Of a stretch of DNA of 64,000 nt, positions 1 through 10,319 are shown piece after piece. The position numbers and the translations under genes were made by a program. How positions within the stretch are numbered: the stretch's first letter is position 1; the number at the start of each line of letters is the position of its first letter. Source of the DNA: Nitrosopumilaceae archaeon (GTDB lineage: Archaea; Thermoproteota; Nitrososphaeria; Nitrososphaerales; Nitrosopumilaceae); assembly GCA_965203465.1 (NCBI GenBank), contig CBDBCR010000001.1, forward strand, positions 288,001-352,000, given 5' to 3'. Under the pieces are notes generated by a model. It had not been told where the DNA came from, ran no database searches, and saw nothing but the letters and a program-made list of their open reading frames with translations.

Positions 1-1
1 G

Positions 2-2227
2 GCGCGCGCCGGCAAAAGCCCCGCGGGCCCGCCCCGATCGGGCGCCCCGCCGCGCGGCACCGCCGCCGACTCCGGCAAAAGCCCGGGCCGCCCCGAGGGC
101 CTGTTCGGGCCCCCCTGGCCGGAGGCGCGCCTGGGCCAAGGCGCCGGCCGGGCGCGCCCCGGCGCCTACGAGGAGGGCATGAAGATGGCCGACGAGGGGG
201 ACGTGGCCGACGCGCAGCTGCACTTCGAGGACATGATCGACGCCGATCCGGACGACCCGGACGGGTACGCCGGCGCCGGGTTCATGTACGTCTCGGGCGG
301 CGGCGCCCGTATGGCAGAAGAGTACCTCGAGACGGCGATAAAGCTGGGCGACGAGCGGGCCGACACCGTCTTCAACCTGGGCAACGCGCGCAAGACGCTC
401 GGCGCGCACAAGGAAGCCATGGAGTGCTACCGCGGCGCGCTGGCCAAGCGGCCCGACTACGCCGCGGTACACTTCAACATGGCTTACATACACGCCGTTG
501 AAGGCGACTACGAAGGGGCGCTGAAGAGCGCCGACGAGGCCATGCGCCTGGACATGCCGCTTTTGGAGGCGGGAATAATACGGGACATCGCCCTGCTGAA
601 CCTGGGCAGGCGCGAGGAGGCGGTGGCCCACCTGGCGGCGGCTCTGGACGCCTCGCCCGGCTCCGGCTCGGCCAAGATGGGTTTGGGCTACGCGCTCCTG
701 CGCGACGGCGACGACGAGGGGGCGCTAAAGTGCTTCGAGGACGCGAGCAGCCGGGATCTGCTCGATCTGAGCGGCGACTTCAAAAAAGGCCTGGCGCTCT
801 CGGAGGCCGGCGACCACGCCAGCGCATACGAGGCGTACGCCGCCGTGGCCGAAGACGAGCAGCTGCTCACGGCGTACGCGCGCATGGTGTCCTCGTTCGT
901 ACGCATGCACTCTGGCGATCCGGGCGACGAATGGCGCGCCGAGGCGCTGCGGCTAGCGATAAAGTCCGTCGGCCTCGACGCGAGCTACACGTTCGTGCAC
1001 ACGATGCGCGACCGCCTCAAGCGGGCGGGACGGGAGGCGCTGCGCGGCGGCCCGGCCCCGCGCACGGGGGCCAGCTCGCCCGAATCCAGAAATGCCAGAA
1101 TCGCGGAAGGGATGCGCATCCTGATGCAGAAGGGCGACATCGCGGCCGGGCTGTCGCACTTTAGGGCCGTGGCCGAGACCGAGCCGGACTTTGCGGAGGG
1201 GCACGCGGGCCTGGGCGTGGCCCTTGGGATGTCGGGCGACGGCGAGGGGGCCCTATCCGAATTCAAGGAGGCGCTGAGGCTGGGCGCCGACGACGCGGTC
1301 ATCTACAACAACATGGGCAACGCGTACGGCATGCTGGGCATGCCCAAAGAGGCCGAAGAGTGCTACCGCAAGGCGGCCTCGCCGGGCCGCATAAAAAAAC
1401 TGGGGGACCGGGACGCCGTCGAAAACCGCCGCCGCACCGATGGGGGCGCGGCGGCCCGCGTGCAGGCGCTTTCGCACTCCAACCTGGCCAAGAGCTACCG
1501 GGAGCGCGGCAGGAGCGCCGACGCGGCAAAGTCGGCCGACGAGGCGCTGCGCCTGGTTCCGGGCGACTACCTGGCCAGCATCACAAAGGGCGCCGCGCTG
1601 GCCGACATGGGCAGGTTCTCCGAATCGCTGGAGCCGCTGCGGGACGCCGTCAGGGCCGCGCCGGAATCGTACGAGGCCCGCATGAGCCTGGGCGAGTCGC
1701 TCTCGGCGCTGAAGAAGACAGACGAGGCGCTGCGCTGCTTCGACGAGGCGGTGCGGCTCGACCCCGGCGATCCCAACGGGCACCACCAGAGGGGCATCAT
1801 GCTCTCGAGGCTCAAAAGGCTCAAGGAGGCATACGATTCGTACGCGAGGGCCGCGGAGCTGGGGCACCACCCCAAGACCTACGCCAACATGGCCATGCTG
1901 ATGTCCAACATGCACTTCGGCGACCCCCCCGGCGCGCACGGCGGGTGGCACGCCAAGGCGATGGGCCTGGCCGACAAGGCGCTCGAGCTGGACGACGACT
2001 ACGCCTTCGGCCACTTTACAAAGGCGCGCCTGCTCCGCGCGGCCGGCAGGGATTCCGAGGCGGACGAGCACGCCCTGCGCGCGCAGATGCTGGATCCGGA
2101 CTTTGTCTGGGATACCAACGCGTCCCACCTGGGCTCGGACAACGCAGCGTACAGGCGGGCGGCGCTGGCCTGGGAAAGGGGCAAGGGCCCCCGGCCGGGG
2201 GGCTGGCGCGACGGAAGGATGCCCTGA
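2..2227 (+). CDS. TPR-repeat protein (5' end lies upstream of window)
   Basis: Many TPR motifs (e.g. VIYNNMGNAYGMLG..EAEECYRKA, ALRCFDEAVRLDP); the frame is open from the window start to the ATG at 179. Confidence 0.9.
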   Translation, partial: ARAGKSPAGPPRSGAPPRGTAADSGKSPGRPEGLFGPPWPEARLGQGAGRARPGAYEEGMKMADEGDVADAQLHFEDMIDADPDDPDGYAGAGFMYVSGGGARMAEEYLETAIKLGDERADTVFNLGNARKTLGAHKEAMECYRGALAKRPDYAAVHFNMAYIHAVEGDYEGALKSADEAMRLDMPLLEAGIIRDIALLNLGRREEAVAHLAAALDASPGSGSAKMGLGYALLRDGDDEGALKCFEDASSRDLLDLSGDFKKGLALSEAGDHASAYEAYAAVAEDEQLLTAYARMVSSFVRMHSGDPGDEWRAEALRLAIKSVGLDASYTFVHTMRDRLKRAGREALRGGPAPRTGASSPESRNARIAEGMRILMQKGDIAAGLSHFRAVAETEPDFAEGHAGLGVALGMSGDGEGALSEFKEALRLGADDAVIYNNMGNAYGMLGMPKEAEECYRKAASPGRIKKLGDRDAVENRRRTDGGAAARVQALSHSNLAKSYRERGRSADAAKSADEALRLVPGDYLASITKGAALADMGRFSESLEPLRDAVRAAPESYEARMSLGESLSALKKTDEALRCFDEAVRLDPGDPNGHHQRGIMLSRLKRLKEAYDSYARAAELGHHPKTYANMAMLMSNMHFGDPPGAHGGWHAKAMGLADKALELDDDYAFGHFTKARLLRAAGRDSEADEHALRAQMLDPDFVWDTNASHLGSDNAAYRRAALAWERGKGPRPGGWRDGRMP

Positions 2228-2275
2228 TCCCCGGATGCTGAACCCACAAATACCTCGCGCGCCGCCGGCCCGGCG

Positions 2276-4366
2276 TTGACCAGAAGATCCGCACGCGGCC
2301 TGCGCAAAAGGGCGCGCGGCAGAAGCGCGAAGCGGGCACGCGGGCCGAACCTGTGCGAGAAGGGGCTCGAGATGCTGTTCGGCGGCGACCCGCGCGGGGC
2401 CGCGGACCTGTTCGCGTCCATGATCCGCGACGATCCGCAGGATCCGGGCGGGCACGCGGGGATGGGCGCCGCGTTCTCGATGGCCAGCAGGCCCAAGGAG
2501 GCGCTCGAGCACTTCAAGAAGGCGCTCAACCTCGGCGACGAGCGGGCCGACACGCGCCTCAACATGGGCAGCGCGTACAACGATCTGGACATGTACGACG
2601 AGGCAGCGACGTGCTACCGCGCGGCGCTGGAAAAGGCGCCCGACGTCGCGGCCATCCACTTCAGCCTGGCCGACGTGCGCCTCTCACAGGGAATGTACGA
2701 AGACGCGCTGAAAAGCGCCGACGAGGCGCTGCGCCTCGATCCGCGGTTCTACGAGGCCGCGGCGGTAAAGGGCGAGGCCCTGATCGCGCTGGAGAGGCAC
2801 CGGGAGGCCGCCGCGTTCCTCAGAGAGGCCGCACGCGCGCACCCCGGATCGGGCTCGGTGCAGGCGGCCCTCGGCCGCGCGCTTTTGGCCGGCGGCGACG
2901 CCGAGGCGGCCCTGCCGCACCTCGACGCGGCGATCGCCCGATCGCCGGGATCGGAGCTGCACCGCCAGAGGGGCGAGGCCCTGGCAAAGCTGGGGCGCCG
3001 CGGCCCAGCATACGAGGCGTACGCGGACGCGGTCGAGCTCGCTCCGGACGCCCGGACGTACGCGGCCATGGCCGAGCTGCTCCTCGGCATGCACGAGGGC
3101 GAGGCCGTCGGGGAGTGGCACGCCGAGGCGCTCTCGCTCGCCGACAAGGCGATAGGAAAGGATCCCGACTACGCGCCGGCGCACGCCGCAAAGGCCCGCC
3201 TGCTGGAGCTGTCCGGCGGGGATCCAAAGGCGCACGGGGACGCGGCGGCCCGGCTAGAAAAAAAACCGGACACGGGCGACCCGTCCGATCCCCTGCAGGT
3301 GCGGCTCTCGCGGGGCATGCACATGCTCATGGAAGAGGAGAACACGGAGGGCGCGCTGTCCCATTTCAGGGCAATGGTCCGCGACGCGCCCGGCTTCGGG
3401 GAAGGGCACGAGGGCCTGGGCATGGCGCTCGGGATATCGGGCGACGCCGAGGGCGCGCTGGCCGAGCTAAAGGAGGCGCACCGGCTAGGCGTGGACGACG
3501 CGGGCCTCCACTCCAACATGGGCAACGCCTACCACCTTTTGTGCATGACCAAAAAGGCCGAAAAATGCTACCTAAAGTCCGCGTCGATAGATCCGGAGCA
3601 CGCGCTGGCGCACGCCAACCTGGCCCGAATCTACCAGGAGGGCGGCAGGAGCGAGGAGGCCGTGGAGCGCGCCGACAGGGCGCTGCGCCTCGAGCCGGGC
3701 AACCCCGAAGCCAGCATGGCAAAGGGCCTGGCGCTGGCCGACATGGGCAGGTTCCCCGAGTCGCTAAAGCCGCTCGAGGAGGCGGTGCGGGCCACGCCGG
3801 AATCGTGCGAGGCGCGCGTGTACCTGGGCCAGTCGCTCTCGGCCGTAAAGGACACCGGTGGGGCTCTGCGCTGCTTCGAGGCGGCCGTGCGGCTCGACCC
3901 CGAAAACCCGGCGGCCCACCACGAGAGGGGCAACATGCTTGCAAGGCAGCAGAGGTTCCAGGAGGCCTACGATTCGTACGCCAGGTCGGCGGAGCTCGAG
4001 CCGCGCGCGCAGACGTACGCCAACATGGCCACGGCGCTTTCGAACATGCACGTGCTCGACGGCTCGGCCGTGCCGGAGGTCTCGGCCGTCGGCCAAGAGT
4101 GGCACGACAGGGCCATGGATCTCGCCGACAAGGCGCTAAAGATGGATCCCGGCTACGCGTACGGCCACTTTGCAAAGGCCCGGCTGCTCGAGATGGCGCA
4201 GCTGTACGCCGAGGCCGAGAGGCACTTTGAGCGGGCCGGCCAGCTCGACCACAAATTCATCGGGAGCGAGGACGGCTCGCACGTCAGCTCGGACAACGTC
4301 GAGCGCAGGCGGGCCGCCCGCGAGATGCACATGGAGGGCCGGCGCAGGCGCGCGGGCAGAAAGTGA
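2276..4366 (+). CDS. TPR-repeat protein
   Basis: TTG start, 696 aa, repeated TPR motifs; paralog of the upstream gene. Confidence 0.9.
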   Translation: MTRRSARGLRKRARGRSAKRARGPNLCEKGLEMLFGGDPRGAADLFASMIRDDPQDPGGHAGMGAAFSMASRPKEALEHFKKALNLGDERADTRLNMGSAYNDLDMYDEAATCYRAALEKAPDVAAIHFSLADVRLSQGMYEDALKSADEALRLDPRFYEAAAVKGEALIALERHREAAAFLREAARAHPGSGSVQAALGRALLAGGDAEAALPHLDAAIARSPGSELHRQRGEALAKLGRRGPAYEAYADAVELAPDARTYAAMAELLLGMHEGEAVGEWHAEALSLADKAIGKDPDYAPAHAAKARLLELSGGDPKAHGDAAARLEKKPDTGDPSDPLQVRLSRGMHMLMEEENTEGALSHFRAMVRDAPGFGEGHEGLGMALGISGDAEGALAELKEAHRLGVDDAGLHSNMGNAYHLLCMTKKAEKCYLKSASIDPEHALAHANLARIYQEGGRSEEAVERADRALRLEPGNPEASMAKGLALADMGRFPESLKPLEEAVRATPESCEARVYLGQSLSAVKDTGGALRCFEAAVRLDPENPAAHHERGNMLARQQRFQEAYDSYARSAELEPRAQTYANMATALSNMHVLDGSAVPEVSAVGQEWHDRAMDLADKALKMDPGYAYGHFAKARLLEMAQLYAEAERHFERAGQLDHKFIGSEDGSHVSSDNVERRRAAREMHMEGRRRRAGRK

Positions 4367-4390
4367 TCCGCGCGCAGCGGATCCGAGCGG

Positions 4391-4417
4391 GGGAAATACA
4401 TCTGAGCGGCGCTATAG
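4391..4417. repeat. Degenerate copy of the right arm of the MITE-like element at 32369-32455
   Basis: GGGAAATACATCTGAGCGGCGCTATAG vs GGGAAATACATCTGAGTGGTGTTATAG (three T->C changes). Confidence 0.7.
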
Positions 4418-4565
4418 ACGCCCTGCTACCGCGCCGTTCCGGCCGGAGTTGCGGGTGCGGCGCTTCGTTTCAGCGCAGGACCGCGCGCGCCCGCCGGCAT
4501 GCGCGAACCGCCCGCCGGAACGGCGCCCGGCAAGCCACAAATACTGCCGGCGCCGAAGCCTCGCG

Positions 4566-5528
4566 TTGGCAAGAAGAGCGCCCCCGGGGGGCCCCCGCAA
4601 AAAGCAAAAGCGCAAGATCCCCCGGATCCGCGCCGACACGTACGAGGAGGTGCTAGACAGGTTCTTCGACGGGGACGTGCCGCGCTCCCTGGACCGGTTC
4701 GCCGCCATGATCCGCGACGATCCGTCCAACCCCGACGGGCACGCGGGCCTGGGGTTCGCGTTCTCGTGGGCCTACGACAGCATCGGGGCGCTGCGCCACC
4801 TCAAAAAGGCGCGCCATCTGGGCGACGAGCGGCCCTACACGCTGCTCGCCATGGGCAACGCGTACAAGCTGATCGACATGCACGACGAGGCCGCCGAGTG
4901 CTTTCGCGCCGCGCTGGCCGCGCGCCCCGACTTTGCGCCGGCCCACGCCAACATGGCGTACCTGCACGCCAAGCGCGGTGCGCACCAAGACGCGGTGGAA
5001 AGCGCCGACAGGGCGCGCGAGCACGACGAATCCTCCGAGGCCGAGGCGGTGAAGGGGATCGCCCTGCTGAAGATGGGAATGCGCGGGGAAGCCGACGCCG
5101 TCCTGGCCGAGGCGGGGCGCGACAACCCCGAATCCCCCCATGTCAGGCTGGCCGCGTGCTACGCGCTGCTCGACGGCGGCGACGCGCGGGGGTTTTTGGG
5201 GCGCGTCAAGGACGCGCGCTGCCTCGAGCCCGACGATCTGGGCGGCCACTTCAAGAAGGGCCTAAAGCTCGAAAAGCGCGGGGACCACGCCGGCGCCTAC
5301 GGGGCGTACGCGGCGGCCGCGCGGCTGGAGCCGGCAGCGTCGGTGCACGCGGCCATGGCCGCCTCGCTGGTCCGCATGCACGGGGGCGACCCGGGCGAGC
5401 GGCCGCGGGCCGAGGCGCTGGAGCTGATACTGGACGCGGTAGGAAAGGATTCATGGTACACGTACATGTACTTTGGGCGGATCCACCTGGCAAAGAACCT
5501 GAACGTCGACGGGCGCGATCCGCTCTAG
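4566..5528 (+). CDS. TPR-repeat protein, short paralog of the N-terminal half of 6499-8475
   Basis: TTG start; MARRAPPGGPRKK..IRADTYEE N-terminus nearly identical to the gene at 6499. Confidence 0.8.
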   Translation: MARRAPPGGPRKKQKRKIPRIRADTYEEVLDRFFDGDVPRSLDRFAAMIRDDPSNPDGHAGLGFAFSWAYDSIGALRHLKKARHLGDERPYTLLAMGNAYKLIDMHDEAAECFRAALAARPDFAPAHANMAYLHAKRGAHQDAVESADRAREHDESSEAEAVKGIALLKMGMRGEADAVLAEAGRDNPESPHVRLAACYALLDGGDARGFLGRVKDARCLEPDDLGGHFKKGLKLEKRGDHAGAYGAYAAAARLEPAASVHAAMAASLVRMHGGDPGERPRAEALELILDAVGKDSWYTYMYFGRIHLAKNLNVDGRDPL

Positions 5529-5552
5529 GCCCGGCCGGAAGCGGGCCCGGAC

Positions 5553-6453
5553 ATGCGCGACGGCGGCGACGCGCCCGGCGCGCTGGCTCATTTCAGGAAG
5601 GCGCTAAAGCTGGGAGACGACCGGGCCGAGACGCGCCTGCACATGGGCAACGCGTGCAGGATGCTCGACATGCACGGCGAGGCATTGGAGTGCTACCGGG
5701 CCGCGCTGGACAGGCGCCCCGACCTCGCGCCGGCCCGCTTCGGCATGGCCTACACGCACGCCATCCGGGGCGAATACCAAGAGGCCGCTAAAAGCGCCGA
5801 CGAGGTGCTGCGGCACGACGGGCTCCTCGCCGAGGCCGGGACGATCAAGGGCATCGCCCTGCTGAACGCGGGACGGCGCGAGGAGGCGCTCGGCCTCTTG
5901 GCCGGGGCCGAACGCGCCGACCCGGGATCCGACCACGCCAAGATCGGCCTCGGAGCACGCGATCGAGACGTACGCGCGCATGGCCGCCTCGTTCATACGC
6001 GCGCACTCGGCCGATCCGGGCAAGGCGTGGCGCGCCGAGGCGCTGGAACTCGCGCTAAAGGCTGCAGGCAAGGACATGGGCTACGCGCTGTCGCAGTACA
6101 AGCGGTTCCGCTCGCGCGCGGCGCCGGCCCGCGCGGACGCGTCCGATCCGCGCCGGATCCGGCTGAAAGAGGGAACGGACATGCTGGCCGATCTAGACGT
6201 ACCCGGCGCGCTGTCGCGCCTAAAGGCGCTTGTAGAGGACGAGCCGGACTTTGGGGAAGGGCGCGCGGCCCTCGGCGCGGCCCTCGGCATGTCCGGCGAC
6301 ACCGACGGGGCGCTCGCGGAGCTCCGGGAGGCGCTGAGGCTGGGTGCCGACGAGCCGGAGGTATACCACAACATGGGCGCAGTATACGACATGGCGGGCA
6401 TGAAAAAAGAAGCGCGAGAGTGCCGCCGCCGGGCCGGGTCGGTTGCGCGGTAG
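5553..6453 (+). pseudogene. TPR gene with internal deletion/frameshift near 5950
   Basis: Follows the first TPR gene up to GSDHAKIGLG, then resumes in another frame at TYARMAASFIRAHSADPG, skipping a module. Confidence 0.75.
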
Positions 6454-6498
6454 CGGCGGCTACAACAACCACAAATACCGGCGCGCCAAAGCCCCGCG

Positions 6499-8475
6499 TT
6501 GGCAAGAAGAGCGCCCCCGGGCGGCCCCCGCAGAAAGGAGAAGCGCAAGCCCCCGCAGATCCGGGCCGACACCTACGAGGAGGCGCTGGGCATGTTCCTG
6601 GCAGGCGACGTGCCGCGCTCCCTGAAGCGGTTCACGGCCATGGCCCGCGACGATCCGGGCAGCCCCGACGGCCACGCGGGGCTGGGGTTCGCGCTGTCGT
6701 GGGCAGCGGACGGCAGGAAGGCGCTGCCCTACCTCGAAAAGGCGCGCGAGCTGGGCGACGAGCGGCCCCACACGCTGCTCTGCATGGGCAACGCGCGCAA
6801 GCTGCTAGACGAGTACGACGGGGCCGCCGAGTGCTTCCGCGCCGCGCTGGCCGCGCGCCCCGACTTTGCGCCCGCCCACGCGAACATGGCGTACGTGCAC
6901 ATAAAGCTCGGCGCGCACGGGGCCGCCGTGGAAAGCGCTGACAAGGCGCGCGAGCACGATCCGGAATCGCCGGAGGCTGCGGCCATCACGGGCATAGCCC
7001 TGGCGAAGGCCGGAATGCGCAGGGAAGCCGCCGTCGTCCTGGCCGAGGCCGCGCGCGACCACCCCGGATCGTACCACGCCAGGCTGGGCGCGGCCTACGC
7101 GCGGCTGGACGGCGGCGACGCGCGGGGGTTCCTGGAGAGCCTGGAGGGGGCCAACTACCAGGATCCCAGAGATCCGGCGGGGAACTTCAAGAGGGGCCGC
7201 AAGCTAGAAGAGCGCGGGGACCACGCAGCCGCCTACCGGGCGTACGCCGAGGCCGCGCGGGCAGAGCCGACCGCCTCGGCGTACGCGGCCATGGCCGCCT
7301 CGCTCGTGCGCGCGCGCGGGGACGGCCTGGGCGAGCCGCAGCGCGGCGAGGCGCTCGAGCTGACGCTCGACGCGATAGGCAAGGATTCGGGGTACACGTA
7401 CATGTCGTTCGTGCGGGCCCGCCTGAAGGCAAAGGGCCGGCACGGCGGCAAGCGTGGCCCGCCCCGGACACGGCTGGAAGAGGGCCTGGCCATGCTGGAT
7501 GCCGGCGACGCGCCCGGCGCGCTGTCGCACTTTCGCGCCCTAGCCGCGCAAGAGCCGGGCCTGGCCGACGCGCGCGTGTACTTGGCGCAGGCGCTGGTGA
7601 TGTCCGGCGAGGCCGGCCAGGCGCTGGCCGAATACGAGGAGGCCCTAAAGCTGGACGGCGGCAACACCATAATCTACCACAACATGGGCAACGCGTACGG
7701 CTCGCTCGGAATGAACGAAAAGGCCGAAGAGTGCTACAGGACGGCGCTGCACGGCTCGGCGGGCCCGACGACGCGCGTCAGCCTGGCGCAGCTCTACCTA
7801 GACTGGGGCAGGAGCGAGGACGCGGTGGGGGCCGCCGACTACGCCCTGAACCTGAATCCGGGCGACTGGAAGGCGCACGCGCTGAGGGGCGAGGCGCTCT
7901 CCGATCTGCAAAGGCCGCGCGAATCCGCGCAGTCGCTCGACAGGGCAGCGCAGCTGGCCCCCGGCTCGTTCTGGGCCCGCATGCGCCTCGGCGAGGCGCT
8001 CTCGTACGCCGGCCGCGCGGACGGGGCGCTGCGGTTCCTCGACGAGGCCGCGCGGCTCGGGCCGGATTCCGCCGATGCCCACCACGCGAGGGGCGTCGCG
8101 CTGGCCAGGCTGGGCCGGTTCCAAGAGGCGCGCGAGGCGTGCGCGAGGGCCGCGGATCTGTGCCCGAGCCCGCAGATCTACGCCGACCTGTCCCTGGCGA
8201 CGTGGAGCCTGCCCGGCGGCGCCAAGACGGCCGAGGCGCTGGCCCTCGCCGACAAGGCGCTCGGGCTGGATCCGGGCTGCGCGCTGGCCCACTTTGCAAA
8301 GTCGCGCATGCTGGCAGCGGACGGCCGGATCTCCGAGGCCGACGGGCACCTCTCGCGCGCCCGCGCGCTGGATCCCGACTTTGAGGGCGGCCGCCCCGCG
8401 CGCGGCGCCGCCAAGCGCGCGCGGGCAGCATACGACGCGGCCGCGCCCCGGCCCGATCGGGGCGGGGCCCCCTGA
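6499..8475 (+). CDS. TPR-repeat protein
   Basis: TTG start, 658 aa, TPR motifs throughout. Confidence 0.9.
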   Translation: MARRAPPGGPRRKEKRKPPQIRADTYEEALGMFLAGDVPRSLKRFTAMARDDPGSPDGHAGLGFALSWAADGRKALPYLEKARELGDERPHTLLCMGNARKLLDEYDGAAECFRAALAARPDFAPAHANMAYVHIKLGAHGAAVESADKAREHDPESPEAAAITGIALAKAGMRREAAVVLAEAARDHPGSYHARLGAAYARLDGGDARGFLESLEGANYQDPRDPAGNFKRGRKLEERGDHAAAYRAYAEAARAEPTASAYAAMAASLVRARGDGLGEPQRGEALELTLDAIGKDSGYTYMSFVRARLKAKGRHGGKRGPPRTRLEEGLAMLDAGDAPGALSHFRALAAQEPGLADARVYLAQALVMSGEAGQALAEYEEALKLDGGNTIIYHNMGNAYGSLGMNEKAEECYRTALHGSAGPTTRVSLAQLYLDWGRSEDAVGAADYALNLNPGDWKAHALRGEALSDLQRPRESAQSLDRAAQLAPGSFWARMRLGEALSYAGRADGALRFLDEAARLGPDSADAHHARGVALARLGRFQEAREACARAADLCPSPQIYADLSLATWSLPGGAKTAEALALADKALGLDPGCALAHFAKSRMLAADGRISEADGHLSRARALDPDFEGGRPARGAAKRARAAYDAAAPRPDRGGAP

Positions 8476-8518
8476 GGCCGCCCGGGCCGCCGGGCGAGAA
8501 CGGCGCCGACCTCAACAG

Positions 8519-8528
8519 TTTAAATATA
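8519..8528 (+). promoter_or_regulatory. Archaeal TATA box for atpK
   Basis: TTTAAATATA about 21-30 nt upstream of GTG 8549, in very GC-rich context. Confidence 0.65.
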
Positions 8529-8548
8529 GACCCCTGGGGGCCGGCTAC

Positions 8549-8851
8549 GTGAAACCGGCATTCCTGCTGTTGGGAGCCATGGCCGTGGCGCTGACCGGCC
8601 TTACCGGCGCGGCGTACGCGCAGGGCGATTCCATGAGCCAGGGCGATTCCATGAAGTTCCTCGGCGCCGGGCTGGCCTTCGGCATAGCGGCCGTCGGCGC
8701 CGGCATAGGCCTGGGGCAGGTGGGCGCGGCGGGCCTCGCGGTGATCAGCGAAAACCCGGCCCTGCAGTCAAAGGTGTTCATCTTTGTGGGCATGGTGGAA
8801 TCGATCGCCATCTACGGCATCGTCATGATGTTCATCATACTGGGCCAATAG
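8549..8851 (+). CDS. atpK: A-type ATP synthase proteolipid subunit K/c
   Basis: GAGLAFGIAAVGAGIGLG...FIFVGMVESIAIYG with the ion-binding Glu; signal-peptide-like N-terminus; 18-bp tandem duplication (QGDSMS QGDSMK). Confidence 0.95.
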   Translation: MKPAFLLLGAMAVALTGLTGAAYAQGDSMSQGDSMKFLGAGLAFGIAAVGAGIGLGQVGAAGLAVISENPALQSKVFIFVGMVESIAIYGIVMMFIILGQ

Positions 8852-8861
8852 CCCGCTTTTT

Positions 8862-9326
8862 CTATCCGTTGTACGCCAGGCGCGTAATGTCCAGTATGCG
8901 CTCGCAGTACCTGCACCGCATCACCCTCTTTTGGCCGTCGACTACGTCCATGACAGGCTCGGCGCCCTCGCCGCTGTTGGTTATGCACTCGGGGTTGGTG
9001 CAGCGGAATATCCTCTCTATCTGGTCGGGCAGCGCGACGCGCCGCTTCTCGGCCAGCCTGTAGCCGCGCACGATGTTGACCGTCGCGCTCGGCGCGATGA
9101 CGGCCAGCTTGCTGGTGTCCCCGTCCCCGAGGAACCTGCCCTCCACCTTGACGATGTCCTTTTTGCGGTACTTGCCGCTGGGCACGTTGAGGGCCAGCGT
9201 GACCAGGCTGCCGTCGCCCCCGTCTATGCCCAGGGCCCCGAGCACCTGCAGGCCCCTGCCGGCGTCTATGTGGTCTATGACGGTGCCCTCGCGTATGCGG
9301 CGCACCAGCAGCTCCGATTCCTCCAC
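8862..9326 (-). CDS. pyrI: Aspartate carbamoyltransferase regulatory subunit
   Basis: GTVIDHI, KDIVKVE, Zn motifs CTNPECIT and RCRYCE; GTG start at 9326 (track ORF is over-extended). Confidence 0.95.
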   Translation of the reverse strand: MEESELLVRRIREGTVIDHIDAGRGLQVLGALGIDGGDGSLVTLALNVPSGKYRKKDIVKVEGRFLGDGDTSKLAVIAPSATVNIVRGYRLAEKRRVALPDQIERIFRCTNPECITNSGEGAEPVMDVVDGQKRVMRCRYCERILDITRLAYNG

Positions 9327-9363
9327 AGAATACTTGTTATAGCCGCCCGTATATATTGGTGCG

Positions 9364-10284
9364 ATGGGCCTGGAGGGCAGGGACGTAATATCCGTAAAGG
9401 ACCTGGACAGGGACGCCCTGGAGGAGGTCTTTTCGGCCACCGAGAGGGTGATGTCGATGGAGCCGTCCGCGCGGCGCGAGCTGGCCCGGGGGCGCACCCT
9501 GGGGTACCTGTTCTTCGAGCCGAGCACCCGCACGCGGCTCAGCTTCGAGGCCGCCATGGCCTCGATAGGGGGGACGTCGCTGGGCATATCGGACGTGCGG
9601 TCCTCGTCGGTCCAAAAGGGCGAGAGCCTCTCGGATACGGTCCGCACCATGTCCATATACTCGGACGTGCTGGCGCTGCGCCACCCGCTCGACGGCTCGA
9701 GCAGGTTCGCCGCCGAGGTCTCGCCGAAGCCGGTCGTCAACGCGGGCAGCGGCACCGAGTCGCACCCCACGCAGACCATACAGGACCTGTTCACGATAAA
9801 AAAGGAAAAGGGCAGGATAGACGGCCTGACCATAGGCATAGTCGGGGACCTAAAGTACGGCAGGACCGTCTATTCGCTGCTGCACGGCCTGGCCGGCTAC
9901 GACGCCAAAGTGCGGCTCATCTCGCCCGAGCCGCTGCGCATACGCGACGATTCCATATACGGGGTGCGCCAGCGCCTCGACATGCAGGAGGGGAGCCTCG
10001 AGGACTGCATAGACGAGCTGGACGTGGTGTACGTGACCCGGATACAGAAGGAGCGATTCCCCGACGAGGAGGAATATTTGAAGGTGCGCGGCAGCTATAC
10101 GGTCGGCCTCGACATATTGGGGCGCATGAAGGAGGGCGCGATAATAATGCACCCCATGCCGCGCATAGACGAGATACCCGCGCGGGTGGACTCGTCGCCG
10201 GCGGCGCGCTACTTCGAGCAGGCCGAGTACGGCATGCACACGCGCGCCGCGCTCCTCGCCATGCTGCTCGGGGCCGGGCCCTAG
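9364..10284 (+). CDS. pyrB: Aspartate carbamoyltransferase catalytic subunit
   Basis: FFEPSTRTRLSF, HPTQ, GDLKYGRTV, HPMPR motifs; divergent from pyrI. Confidence 0.97.
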   Translation: MGLEGRDVISVKDLDRDALEEVFSATERVMSMEPSARRELARGRTLGYLFFEPSTRTRLSFEAAMASIGGTSLGISDVRSSSVQKGESLSDTVRTMSIYSDVLALRHPLDGSSRFAAEVSPKPVVNAGSGTESHPTQTIQDLFTIKKEKGRIDGLTIGIVGDLKYGRTVYSLLHGLAGYDAKVRLISPEPLRIRDDSIYGVRQRLDMQEGSLEDCIDELDVVYVTRIQKERFPDEEEYLKVRGSYTVGLDILGRMKEGAIIMHPMPRIDEIPARVDSSPAARYFEQAEYGMHTRAALLAMLLGAGP

Positions 10285-10319
10285 TCATGCTTAATTAGGG
10301 CCTTTGCAGGGGGCGCGCG

